Origin: Minisyncoccia bacterium
GTDB taxonomy: Bacteria; Patescibacteriota; Minisyncoccia; Phycocordibacterales; UBA918
Assembly (NCBI GenBank): GCA_041736805.1
Contig: JBGSSW010000011.1
Coordinates: 18,395-82,394, forward strand
Direction of reading: 5' to 3'
Length of the DNA stretch: 64,000 nucleotides
Below the pieces are notes generated by a model. That model was given only the letters and a program-made list of their open reading frames with translations, was not told the origin of the DNA and searched no databases. Each line of letters opens with the position of its first letter. The first letter of the stretch is position 1. Position numbers and translations under genes: made by a program. Below are positions 19,306-28,645 of this stretch, in pieces.

Positions 19306-19567
19306 ATTTTTATAAGCGTGCGCGACATTGTTTTCTTATGAGCTGGCGAACTATAAAACAAGAAGTACCCTTGTGGTGAAATAAAAAGCTTAGTAACTCG
19401 TGACCGCATGCGGGAGCCGCAGAGATGTCTTCTTTTTCTTCAAAAAAGAAGACTGCGAGGTGGTTTCAAGAAAGCTTAATATATTTGCAGTCGAAGACGA
19501 ATAAATATACCAAGTGGTCTGTGACCGCTAGAGTGACCTAGCTCATCTGATGAATGATTATGTACAC

Positions 19568-20452
19568 TTAAAGACTTATATGGGTGTGATTATTTTCAAA
19601 GTTGAAGGTACCTCCACACTGGGCCTTTTTTGCCAAAAGCAGCTGATGGAGTTTTTGTTCCGCAAGCAAATTTTGACCTCTGGCATTAAAGTCTACCGCT
19701 TTCGCACCGGTTCCACTTCCTCTTCCATAGTGCATAGAATTATTACTATGGCTACATGGACCACAAACGGTGTTGCCATTAGTCAAACTACATCTTGGAT
19801 TAGTTAGGTCTATAGTATATAACTGGCTTTTATCGGTTGCGGCATCTATAGCTGAATCACTCAAATAGCAATTTATCATTGTTCTTAGTCTTGGATCTTC
19901 AACTCCCACTGGTGAACCCTTATACTTTGCCATCAAGGCATTATCGTCTGTACAAGCCGCCGTCACATTGGGATCTGGAGGAGTCCCTCCCGCAGAAGGA
20001 AGTTCTAATTTGTCACCACCTTGTGGAGAAATTTGCTTCTGGCACTCAACCTGTGACCATGGACCATAACCAACCACGTTTCCATCAGCAATTCCATCTT
20101 GGTCACCATCTAGTAAACTTCGCATTATAGTATCCACCATCAGCCAGCCAGCCATAACGATTATGAGACCAATTATCGCATTCTGGAAACTACTTTTGGC
20201 GGCCTCAAGAGCAGATTGACTACCAGCAGAAGTAACTAGTCCAAAACCCGCTTTGGCCATCAAAACAGCAAAAAGTATAAATACGATTCCAAACAACCAC
20301 TTAATAATGGCATTTACCATCGATACAAAATCGCACGCACTACAATCTGCCCCGTTACACGGCACAAAGTTCCCAGTCTGTGCTTGCACGATGTCTGCTG
20401 GCAAGGCTGCCAGTAGTAAAATCGGAACGATAAATAAAATTATTTTTCTCAT
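19568..20452 (-). CDS. secreted protein: signal peptide + VirB2/TrbC-like two-TM pilin-like module + C-terminal LAS/M15-like zinc peptidase-like domain
   Basis: Signal peptide MRKIILFIVPILLLAALPADIVQA, then a CxxxxCxxC segment, then two TM helices (AIIKWLFGIVFILFAVLMAKAGFGLVTSAG ... IIGLIIVMAGWLMVDTIM). The C-terminal SMHYGRGSGTGAKAVDF ... NNHTHISL has an H..D...HxH arrangement. Confidence 0.55.
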   Translation of the reverse strand: MRKIILFIVPILLLAALPADIVQAQTGNFVPCNGADCSACDFVSMVNAIIKWLFGIVFILFAVLMAKAGFGLVTSAGSQSALEAAKSSFQNAIIGLIIVMAGWLMVDTIMRSLLDGDQDGIADGNVVGYGPWSQVECQKQISPQGGDKLELPSAGGTPPDPNVTAACTDDNALMAKYKGSPVGVEDPRLRTMINCYLSDSAIDAATDKSQLYTIDLTNPRCSLTNGNTVCGPCSHSNNSMHYGRGSGTGAKAVDFNARGQNLLAEQKLHQLLLAKKAQCGGTFNFENNHTHISL

Positions 20453-20459
20453 ATTTAAA

Positions 20460-21473
20460 TTATATCTTAGTAGCAATGGCTTTAATGTTAGCTACGTAGT
20501 TTCTGGTTTGTTCGTAAGAACTAAATCCGGTATTGGGAGTACAATTTGTTTTTGCCGTTCCATAACAACCTGGACTATTCCAGACACATTGCCAACGTCG
20601 CAAACCAGGACAATCAGCACTAGCCAGATTAGCGCCAGGACCACCATTGTAGGCCGCTAAAGCTAAATCTGAATCCCCTGCATATTTATTTATTAATTGA
20701 TTGAAATACTTGGCGCTAACTGAAAGGTTATAAGCATTATCATTTTGCAATTTATCAGCCACCTGAGCATCAGTAAGACCTTTGAGAGAAGGGTCGAGAG
20801 TTCTAGCTGTACTAACCAGCATCTGTCCACAACCATAAGCTATGCCGGAGTTTGTCGAAGGACCTACTTTATTTGTACAGTTACTAGACTCCTGTGAAAT
20901 TAGACCCTTTAGAAGTTTTACTTGATTTGGATCAGTGATTCCAGCTGCTGCTGCTGCATTTGCAATATCAGTCTGTAAAGCTCCTGAATTAACAATGCTG
21001 TTTACTCGATTATTTATATCGCCAGCTGGCAACACTGTAGAGTTATCACCAGAAGCAGTTGTTCTAGACCACTGCTGAGCAACTGGCTGAGCTACACACG
21101 ATAAAGTGTTCCAGGTACCATTGGTTAATAAAGTCTTAAGGACAGTATCTACCATCAGCCAACCTCCCAGCACTATCACATAACCAATCAATAAACTGGT
21201 AATAGTTTTCTTGGCCGAAGTCATGGCCGAAACATCACCGGCAGAAGTAACCAGTCTAAATCCAGAGATAACAATCAAAATAGCTGCAATGATGCCCATT
21301 ATCAATACTAACCAGCCCGCCAGACTATCAATCAAGCCGACAAAATGACAAGTTTGACACTCCGGCTCCCCTGGTCCACCACAAGGTACTAATCCGGCTG
21401 CCGACACAACATAAGGTAGAGCAAATAAAACCGTACTTAAAAATACTTTCCACATATCACTTAATAGTAGCAT
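20460..21473 (-). CDS. secreted protein: signal peptide + VirB2/TrbC-like two-TM module fused to an SLT-type lytic transglycosylase domain
   Basis: The N-terminus has the same architecture as the neighbouring gene (VPCGGPGEPECQTCHF, two TM helices). The C-terminal LLKGLISQESSN holds the catalytic E-S and AYNGGPG is an SLT family 1 signature. Confidence 0.6.
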   Translation of the reverse strand: MLLLSDMWKVFLSTVLFALPYVVSAAGLVPCGGPGEPECQTCHFVGLIDSLAGWLVLIMGIIAAILIVISGFRLVTSAGDVSAMTSAKKTITSLLIGYVIVLGGWLMVDTVLKTLLTNGTWNTLSCVAQPVAQQWSRTTASGDNSTVLPAGDINNRVNSIVNSGALQTDIANAAAAAGITDPNQVKLLKGLISQESSNCTNKVGPSTNSGIAYGCGQMLVSTARTLDPSLKGLTDAQVADKLQNDNAYNLSVSAKYFNQLINKYAGDSDLALAAYNGGPGANLASADCPGLRRWQCVWNSPGCYGTAKTNCTPNTGFSSYEQTRNYVANIKAIATKI

Positions 21474-21571
21474 GTTTACCTCTTTGAAAATGGAACAAGG
21501 TGTGGTAATTTGTACGCTACGTACTGAAAAATCTTTCGGTGCGAACAAGTAAAATCACCCTAAAATAAATC

Positions 21572-21614
21572 GCGTCGGTACGGTAGCGGGAAGCGGAGGC
21601 AGACTGTAAGGCTG
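21572..21614 (+). repeat. partial duplicate of the 5' half of tRNA-Tyr (first 10 nt identical, ~75% over 40 nt)
   Basis: GCGTCGGTAC...GGCAGACTGTAA aligns with the start of the intact tRNA-Tyr ~190 bp downstream. Confidence 0.45.
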
Positions 21615-21768
21615 TCGCTACGCGAACCTGGCGGTCTTTCTAGCAAGGGTGTTGCCCGCCGGCAACACAAAGTGTATAGTCGCCAGAGGCGACAGGGCTA
21701 GCAAATCTTTACGATTTCCAGTCTGCATAGATTCAGAAGAAATTAAAGAAACACAAAAGTATATAAAT

Positions 21769-21851
21769 GCGTCGGTACTCAAGCGGTCAACGAGGGCAGA
21801 CTGTAAATCTGCTGACTTATGTCTACGAAGGTTCGAATCCCTCCCGGCGCA
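21769..21851 (+). tRNA. tRNA-Tyr (GTA), type II
   Basis: Acceptor GCGTCGG/CCGGCGC with discriminator A. Anticodon stem GCAGA/TCTGC, loop CTGTAAA. T-loop TTCGAAT. CCA not encoded. Confidence 0.85.
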
Positions 21852-21860
21852 CTTTTGCGG

Positions 21861-21890
21861 AAAACACCCATAGGGGTGTTTTCTTTTTTT
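21861..21890. terminator. rho-independent terminator after tRNA-Tyr
   Basis: AACACCC-ATAG-GGGTGTT followed by TTCTTTTTTT. Confidence 0.6.
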
Positions 21891-21998
21891 CAGAAGTGTG
21901 CCGAGAGGGATTCGAAGGCCGGAGCCTCATGTGAATTTCGGAGCGTAGCGGAGAAAGAGAGAGGCGAGGCAGGGTCTGGAGTACTTAGATTTTTTTTA

Positions 21999-22226
21999 CT
22001 AAATAATCTTTATTTGCTTCAGCTGCTTCCATGTGCTCGACGGCTGTGCTTCAGCATGGACTTCTGCTGCTTCCTTATGCACCTCTGCAGCTTCCAAATG
22101 CACATCAACAACTGTTTCTCGCGCTTCCTCAACTTTGTTCTCTGCATTTTGCACTTTTACTTCAACGCCTACTACTTTATTATTTTCTGTCACTGGGCAT
22201 ACATCCTTTTTAGAATCATTAGTCAT
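21999..22226 (-). CDS. possible small repeat-containing protein (75 aa; EAAEVHKEAAEVHAEA)
   Basis: ORF only, containing an internal tandem peptide repeat. No other support. Confidence 0.25.
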   Translation of the reverse strand: MTNDSKKDVCPVTENNKVVGVEVKVQNAENKVEEARETVVDVHLEAAEVHKEAAEVHAEAQPSSTWKQLKQIKII

Positions 22227-22479
22227 ATTGTTTTAATTATTTTAGCCCTATCCACCTAAACCACTTTTTATAGAATCAATACATACCAATCCACTTACTT
22301 AAAATGTATTAGTTGATAAGAAATGATAATGCTAAATATTTTTGATAATGGGGTGACTTTTTTCAAGAGATTCAGAATACCTTTCTGGATAACTTGTTTC
22401 CTGCTAGACAATGATTAAATAGTAGCACAAAAGTGTCAAACCTTCTCCAAATCGGCGCACAAAATCAAACCCAGAAAGA

Positions 22480-22740
22480 AGTTTTTAATTTGCGCCGGAG
22501 TGAGTGACTAAACGTCACTCACATAAGGGATTCGAAACCGTGTCAGAAAGTTTTCGACCGAAGGGAGTAAAAATACCGACAACGGATACTGGTCGTGTAA
22601 CGACCGAAACTTCTTACAGAAGCTGTCCACTCATTGGGTTTTATTTCACTTCGTTACATAAACCCACAATGAGTCTTGCGAAAGTTCCAAGTATTCACTT
22701 TCTCACCCTCCCGGCGAACCTCCAAAAATATTGTTGCTTT
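22480..22740. ncRNA. candidate structured non-coding RNA (unclassified)
   Basis: ~250-nt gene-poor stretch. Terminal pairing GCGCCGGAG ... CTCCCGGCG. Internal hairpins GTGAGTGAC-TAAAC-GTCACTCAC and GGTCG-TGTAA-CGACC. No convincing ORF. It fits no RNase P, tmRNA or SRP consensus I can recall. Confidence 0.2.
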
Positions 22741-23307
22741 GCAATAGTATTTATTGTAGGCCTGGAGAAAGTTCGACACTTGATTGACTTTGACACTCTA
22801 TTCAAGTTTACTAGTCTCATCGTGCCATGTCGGCACGCGTTCTTGGAGAAACAACATGCAGAGAGTTCGTTTCATTAAATCTCCCCGACCCAGTGACCCT
22901 GAGCCATTACAGGCTCTCTGGATCGGCCTAGAGGCCACCGTCGTCGCGACACCAGAAGAACCTCTACCCGAAACCTTGCTTTGGGTCGATTACGAAGAGA
23001 TCATCAACGAAATCGACAAGCGGGGTCACACGGCCTACACTGACTTCTTCCGCAGACTGCGAGCTTCACCAGGTGGGTCGGCCGCTCCTGGATTCTGTGT
23101 TTTCAGCGAAACATGTAAAATAATCGTATAATCAGCTTCCGCAGTACGAAGACAGCCCGTCTTCCCCGCCGGAGCTGTTTTCTTTTTTTAAAAATTGTTG
23201 CTGTACCTAAATCAACAAAAATTGACTTTTGATACATAAAATAGTTTACTGTTCCCAATCCTGCCTCAATTTGTGCAGGCGATTCTTTAAATTTTGGAGT
23301 AAGTTCC

Positions 23308-23673
23308 ATGGAAAAAGTGACGTTGCGGCACTACGGTGGACGTGTTTCAAACCTACTAGCTCAGATACTGGTAGCTCGAAACAGCAGTAAAGGAGACTTC
23401 CAATATAGCCCAGACCAAGTGATCAACATCCCAGCAAAAAATTTCTTTGTGCACCTCAAAGACAATCCATTACCGCAGTTGAATGACGATAGCATCAGTC
23501 CTGAAATCTTGAAAGAAGCAAATCTGCTTATTGGTTTCATCAACACCACAGATGACATCTACAATCTAAAACGAGCTATTCATGTCTTGCTGCGGTTGGG
23601 TGGCAACACTAATGTCGTTTTTGCTGGACAAGACTATGAGCCTGAACGACTCAATATGGAAGAAGCTGACTAG
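23308..23673 (+). CDS. hypothetical protein (121 aa)
   Basis: ORF followed by a GC stem plus T-run at ~23690–23735. Confidence 0.4.
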   Translation: MEKVTLRHYGGRVSNLLAQILVARNSSKGDFQYSPDQVINIPAKNFFVHLKDNPLPQLNDDSISPEILKEANLLIGFINTTDDIYNLKRAIHVLLRLGGNTNVVFAGQDYEPERLNMEEAD

Positions 23674-23875
23674 CTTATCTTCACACAACCCGCCCTCGAA
23701 ACCATCTGGCTTTGTTGGGCGGTTTCTTTTTTTCTTAATAAATTTGTTAACAACAAGAATATTTTATAAATTTTGCAAATTATTGACAAAATGATACTGT
23801 AATGGTGGTTCGTGAATCCTTACGGACCCGGCAGACCACCAATAGGTCTGCTGAAATAGACCTAGGAGTGAGAGC

Positions 23876-24220
23876 ATGAAAACAAGCAAGGGGCTAATCG
23901 CCCTATACCTTGTGGTAGTAATACAACCAAACCTAGCCGTGGCTGCGGGGGAAACCCCAAATTTCTCGGTTGAGCTTGGCCAACGCATGACCTGTAGACC
24001 GTCACCAGAATGGCGGGTAAACAACGGACCGAGGCAGCAAAACTGCTTAGGGTTCGACCTTGGTTATTCCATTAGTCGAGATCCGTGGATTCAGGTTTAT
24101 GCTGGAGTGCTACCCGCCGGATTTGGCATCCGGTATCGGTATAACGAACTCACCTTTGTCGAATTTCGAGCTAATCGAAGTGGTGAATTCTTTTCCGTCA
24201 ATTTTAGCCATAAGTTCTGA
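23876..24220 (+). CDS. small secreted protein (114 aa) with signal peptide
   Basis: N-terminal MKTSKGLIALYLVVVIQPNLAVAAG. A terminator follows immediately. Confidence 0.45.
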   Translation: MKTSKGLIALYLVVVIQPNLAVAAGETPNFSVELGQRMTCRPSPEWRVNNGPRQQNCLGFDLGYSISRDPWIQVYAGVLPAGFGIRYRYNELTFVEFRANRSGEFFSVNFSHKF

Positions 24221-24236
24221 GCTTGAATTGAAGGAA

Positions 24237-24272
24237 GGCCCTACCAGTGTTTGGCAGGGCTTTTTTCTTTAG
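24237..24272. terminator. rho-independent terminator
   Basis: GCCCTACCA-GTGTT-TGGCAGGGC followed by TTTTTTCTTT. Confidence 0.55.
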
Positions 24273-24455
24273 ATCATTAAAAACTTATTCAAACTATTTT
24301 CATTTAATCCAATTACGATGGCGTATAATATGTTTACATGAAAAGAGTTTTACCTTTTCTGACTGTATCGTTGACCTATCTACATTATTGAACGTTTTAA
24401 TAGCGAGGACGATATCAGTATAGCCTCACAAACTTCCTCTATTAAAAAATAAACC

Positions 24456-25811
24456 ATGTCGAAAAAAATTCTCATGCCTTCCTTAAAAAAGCTTTTCGAC
24501 CTGCGTGAAGGGGCCGAGGATAAAAACACTATAATTGAAAATGTTAAGGACGACTCCGATTTCAGCAGTGCGCGTTTCTGGACACTAGTTTCAGCCATTG
24601 TAGTTGCCTCAATTGGTTTAAACATCAACTCCATCCCCGTAGTAATTGGCGCCATGTTAATTTCACCACTGACGGGACCAATTGTCAGTATTGGCTTGGC
24701 CTTGGCGATTTATGACTGGGGTCTTATGCGTAGATCTCTGCGAAACTTATTTATTTTAGTAGCCATTAGCATCTTCATTTCAACCCTTTACTTTGCCTTA
24801 TCTCCAATCACCAATGCTCAATCAGAACTATTATCTAGAATTCAACCAACAATCTTTGACGTCTTGATTGCTGTCTTCGGTGGTATTGCTGGTTTTATTG
24901 GCATTAGTCGATCAAGTAGACACAATAATGTAATTCCTGGAGTAGCTATCGCAACGGCCATCATGCCCCCACTTTGTACCGTTGGTTACGGAATTGCAAC
25001 CTTCCAACTAAAATTTATTTTTGGCGCTTTTTTCTTATTTTTAATTAATTGTATTTTTATTTGCCTCTCTGCTCTAGTAGTTGCTTCCTATATGGAGCTA
25101 CCTAAGAAAGATTACCCAGATGAAAAAAGGAGAGCCAGAGTGAAAAGAATTATCTCAGTCATCATCTTTATCATAGTTGTGCCGGCAATTTATTTAGCCT
25201 ACACTTTCGTTAGTCAAAACAACTTCTATCTTAATGCCGATAAATTTATTAAAGCCACTTTTGAGGATCGGGGTCAAATAGTAATCTATAAGAACATCAA
25301 ATATCACTCTCCTGGAAATATAATCGAATTAGCTTTTTTGTCTGACGTTTTTTCTGAAGAACAAATTGCTGAATTCCAAGCCAGACTTTTAGATTTTAAA
25401 TTAGATAAAACTACTTTAATTGTTAGACAAAACAGCTATGCCTTATCTCAAGAAGAATGGCAAGAAGCTCTTTCTGGTGTTCAAAACGGCATTGAGTCTA
25501 CTAATGTGTTGGAAGCTAAACTAGAGGCTGAACGAAATAAGGGACGTAACCCAGATAGACTTTTAAATGAATTGAGAACCTTAAATCCTAAAGTAACAAA
25601 AATTTCACTAGGGGTACTAAACACCAGCTCAGAAATACAAATCAATGAAACCCAAAACACAATAGTTTTTGTACATTCTGATATTGAAAATCCCTTAGGA
25701 CTAGCCGAGGCTAATTCTGTCTCTAATTGGCTTAAGTCACGCCTTGAAGATGATAATCTTATTATTCACTTTAACCCTCAACCAACTACACCAGAAATTA
25801 AAGTCAATTAA
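24456..25811 (+). CDS. DUF389-family membrane protein
   Basis: GAMLISPLTGPIVSIGLALA matches the DUF389 / TIGR00341 hydrophobic-domain signature. Multiple TM helices plus a C-terminal soluble domain. Confidence 0.65.
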   Translation: MSKKILMPSLKKLFDLREGAEDKNTIIENVKDDSDFSSARFWTLVSAIVVASIGLNINSIPVVIGAMLISPLTGPIVSIGLALAIYDWGLMRRSLRNLFILVAISIFISTLYFALSPITNAQSELLSRIQPTIFDVLIAVFGGIAGFIGISRSSRHNNVIPGVAIATAIMPPLCTVGYGIATFQLKFIFGAFFLFLINCIFICLSALVVASYMELPKKDYPDEKRRARVKRIISVIIFIIVVPAIYLAYTFVSQNNFYLNADKFIKATFEDRGQIVIYKNIKYHSPGNIIELAFLSDVFSEEQIAEFQARLLDFKLDKTTLIVRQNSYALSQEEWQEALSGVQNGIESTNVLEAKLEAERNKGRNPDRLLNELRTLNPKVTKISLGVLNTSSEIQINETQNTIVFVHSDIENPLGLAEANSVSNWLKSRLEDDNLIIHFNPQPTTPEIKVN

Positions 25812-25864
25812 TCATAAAGAGAAAAGGTGCTATAATTTAGTCAGCTTATAGACTGGAGACGAAA

Positions 25865-26251
25865 ATGAGCAAACTTTTTCTGACGCTTCTTCTCTGCCTT
25901 CCCCTTTGCGCTGAAGCTGAAAACACAGCTTCAAATTTCTCCTTTGATCTTTCCATGAGTAACACTTTTCGCTGCACGGAGCGAACATATCTTCAGTTTA
26001 ATCAACATGGCCAAGTCCCAACAGAAAACTTTCTGGAATTTCCGCTTTTAAGCAAATGCTTACCTTCAAGTCAGTTGAAATCTGAAGATTCAGAAAAACT
26101 TGTGACCTCTACAACTACTTGGCTTAAAGTGGGCGGGAGTTCATCTGTTCGTTTTGTGGGGCTAGGACTTAGATTTACTTCTGACAAGAGCTTTACTCAA
26201 TTCAGATTTAAAGGTAGGGGTTTCTATATACTTTACCGAACTGAGTTTTGA
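25865..26251 (+). CDS. small secreted protein (128 aa) with signal peptide
   Basis: N-terminal MSKLFLTLLLCLPLCAEA. Confidence 0.4.
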   Translation: MSKLFLTLLLCLPLCAEAENTASNFSFDLSMSNTFRCTERTYLQFNQHGQVPTENFLEFPLLSKCLPSSQLKSEDSEKLVTSTTTWLKVGGSSSVRFVGLGLRFTSDKSFTQFRFKGRGFYILYRTEF

Positions 26252-26459
26252 GTAAACTTAGATGGCGTCCGACCTTATGGTCTGACGCCATTTTCCTTAT
26301 TTATATAAGTCACCGGTTAAGGGTTAGAATCCGTATACTACTAGCGCTAGTTGCTGGTGAGAAGAGTGAATAAAAACTTGATATTTACAACACTTAACAT
26401 TTATGTTATGATATTTAAGGTGTTGATCTTAAAAAATCTGCTACTCCTAGGAGGTTATC

Positions 26460-26951
26460 TTGAAAGTTTCTGCTGTTGTGGCTTTTGCGTTTGGTACCCC
26501 CAAGACAATCTTGTCCAACCAAATCATTGGTGAGCTGGCTTCCAAGCAGGCTTACGATGAGGAAATTCCTGTCTATACCCAGTATGACGTTCCAATAATC
26601 AAGGGAGTTCGGACAACCTACGCCGACGAAAAAATCGGCACTCCGCCCCCTACCCTGCGCATCGCACGCGGTGCCGTAGCCTGGGCAAAGTACAGGCTAA
26701 TCAACCATTTCTATGTGGTTGCTGCTAAACCTCACCTTTGGCGAGCGGTGAGAGATCTCGAAAGGGCGACTCAAGAATACCGCGTACCAATCGAGATTCA
26801 GGTCTGCCCCGAAATTGAGCTCTATCCTGAAACTTCATGGTTTTGTGCAGACTCAACCCAAGAGCGGGTTAGAACGCCCAAGGATTGGAACAAGCGGGAA
26901 AGGATTCTCAAATTGATGCCCTTTTCCATCTACAAACTGGTAGCCAGCTGA
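26460..26951 (+). CDS. hypothetical protein (163 aa)
   Basis: ORF with an AT-rich promoter-like region upstream. Confidence 0.4.
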   Translation: MKVSAVVAFAFGTPKTILSNQIIGELASKQAYDEEIPVYTQYDVPIIKGVRTTYADEKIGTPPPTLRIARGAVAWAKYRLINHFYVVAAKPHLWRAVRDLERATQEYRVPIEIQVCPEIELYPETSWFCADSTQERVRTPKDWNKRERILKLMPFSIYKLVAS

Positions 26952-27041
26952 GTAGGTGACAAGATAGTCGAATAGCCTTAGTGAAATACCAAGGCTATTT
27001 TTTAATAAAGAATCACTAAAAATTATTTATTAACCAGCAGC

Positions 27042-27734
27042 TTAAACTTCCTCTGAAAAAACGGTACCTTCTTTGAGGTCTTTTATTACGCAAGCCGGAA
27101 TAGCCTGCTTTTCACAATCTGATTTTATTAAAAAATTTTTAATTATCTCTCTTTTTCTTTCGCCTACGGCGTATACAATTGCTTCATCAACCAAAGTCCT
27201 AAGGAAAGTTTTGGTCACTGTGATTCTCTCTGTATATTCGTTAATTGTTTTTGGTATTGAGTAGGAAACAACCCACTCACTACCATCAAAATCTACCTCA
27301 AACTCGCCAGCAAAAATACCGGCGGTATGCCCATCATTTCCTATCCCCATAGTGACAACAACAATTCCTTCTTTATTAAAATTTTTCCATTCTTTTAAAG
27401 CAGACTCCCATCTTTTTTTCAATAAGCTTGTAGATTCTCCGTTTGACACTGAAGTAACAATATAATTGACTCCGTTACTTACAGCCAACTTGAAAAAATC
27501 CGTTTGTGATAGTTGTAAAAAATTGTTGACTTTAATATCAGTCGAAAAACGTTCATCTAAAACACTCAAAGTTATATTTGGACCAAGGACGCTACCCGAA
27601 ACAGCCTGCAAAATATCAAATGAGGAGCCTCCGGAAAGCATTAGCAGAACCGGCCGAGTAGTGTTTATTTTTAAGACCTCACTTAGTTTATGACCAGCTG
27701 CCTCAAGTGGTGTTTTAGACCAAACAATTTCCAT
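27042..27734 (-). CDS. pgl: 6-phosphogluconolactonase
   Basis: LMLSGGSS and MGIGNDGHTAGIF motifs of the Pgl/NagB family. Last gene of the zwf-gnd-pgl operon. Confidence 0.7.
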   Translation of the reverse strand: MEIVWSKTPLEAAGHKLSEVLKINTTRPVLLMLSGGSSFDILQAVSGSVLGPNITLSVLDERFSTDIKVNNFLQLSQTDFFKLAVSNGVNYIVTSVSNGESTSLLKKRWESALKEWKNFNKEGIVVVTMGIGNDGHTAGIFAGEFEVDFDGSEWVVSYSIPKTINEYTERITVTKTFLRTLVDEAIVYAVGERKREIIKNFLIKSDCEKQAIPACVIKDLKEGTVFSEEV

Positions 27735-27735
27735 G

Positions 27736-28635
27736 TTATTTTTTACCGATTACTTTATGTCCACCAAATTGATTGCGCATCGCCGCCACTAATTTGCCTA
27801 AGTATGATTCTTTTTCTCTTGTCATTTTTCTTTGTTGTAAAGCAGCTTCAAGAACTTTTACTTCACCAATTGTGGTTATGTGTTCCATTTCTTCTTCAGT
27901 CTCGCCTCGAGGCACCTCACCAGCAATTAAATCAATTTGTCCTTCGCCGTAGGCTTTAGCTAACCAAGAGACCAGCTTGCTAGTAATAATACTTTCGTTT
28001 TCATAAGGCTTTAACACCTCAGCTAAATCAATACCAAATTTTTCTTCATTATCATGCAGAACGGTCATCCCTTCGGCAATTGCACCCATCATGCCATATT
28101 CAATACCATTATGTATCATCTTAACAAAGTGCCCCGCACCTTCATTACCAACTCTAGCATAGCCGTTTTGGGCTGCTAGAGCTTTAAAGACATGCTCATT
28201 ATCATGGAACACACTTAAAAGCCCCCCGACCATAATTGAAGCTCCATGACGAGCCCCCAGCATGCCGCCAGAAGTGCCGCAATCAAGGTAATTTATTTTT
28301 AGAGCTTTTAATTGCTCGTGCCTTCGAATTGAATCTTTGTAAAAACTATTTCCTCCATCAATAACCGTATCTCCAGGACTAAGTAGTGGTAACAATTCTT
28401 CCAAGATACTATCTACAGCATTGCTAGACACCATCAGCCAAATTAGTTTAGGTGAAGACAAAGACTCAACCATTTTAACCAGAGATGAAGTCCCCTCAAT
28501 CCCAATCTCCGATGCCTCTTTCAAGACTTCTTCGCTACGATTGTAACCAACGACACGATAACCTTTCTCAACTAAATTGGTAGCCATATTCAAACCCATT
28601 CGACCCAAACCAACAAACCCGATTTCTTTTTTCAT
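27736..28635 (-). CDS. gnd: 6-phosphogluconate dehydrogenase, short (~300 aa) form
   Basis: N-terminal Rossmann motif GFVGLGRMGLNMATNL and 6PGD-like body. Sits between zwf and pgl. Confidence 0.7.
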   Translation of the reverse strand: MKKEIGFVGLGRMGLNMATNLVEKGYRVVGYNRSEEVLKEASEIGIEGTSSLVKMVESLSSPKLIWLMVSSNAVDSILEELLPLLSPGDTVIDGGNSFYKDSIRRHEQLKALKINYLDCGTSGGMLGARHGASIMVGGLLSVFHDNEHVFKALAAQNGYARVGNEGAGHFVKMIHNGIEYGMMGAIAEGMTVLHDNEEKFGIDLAEVLKPYENESIITSKLVSWLAKAYGEGQIDLIAGEVPRGETEEEMEHITTIGEVKVLEAALQQRKMTREKESYLGKLVAAMRNQFGGHKVIGKK

Positions 28636-28645
28636 GTTAAATAAA

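Larger units (their letters stand above)
13950..19310. mobile_element. second GC-richer foreign block: co-directional minus-strand operon (unknowns + two DNA methyltransferases, one ParB-fused), possibly a prophage remnant or defence cassette
   Basis: GC is visibly higher than the flanks. Six tightly packed or overlapping minus-strand genes. ParB-MTase fusions are typical of phages and mobile elements. The block ends at the structured repeat 19236–19305. Confidence 0.4.

Noticed and set aside
22480-22740. RNase P RNA or tmRNA identity for the structured region
   Set aside because: No P4 helix consensus (AGGAAAGUCCGGGC / ACAGAANCCGGCUUA). No tmRNA 3' tRNA-like T-arm. Only a GGAUUCGA-like word is shared.
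22504-23131. ORFs 22504..22878 and 22784..23131 (+)
   Set aside because: They overlap each other out of frame and sit on the structured non-coding-looking region. They have no motifs. They are left uncalled as CDS; the region is reported as a candidate ncRNA instead.
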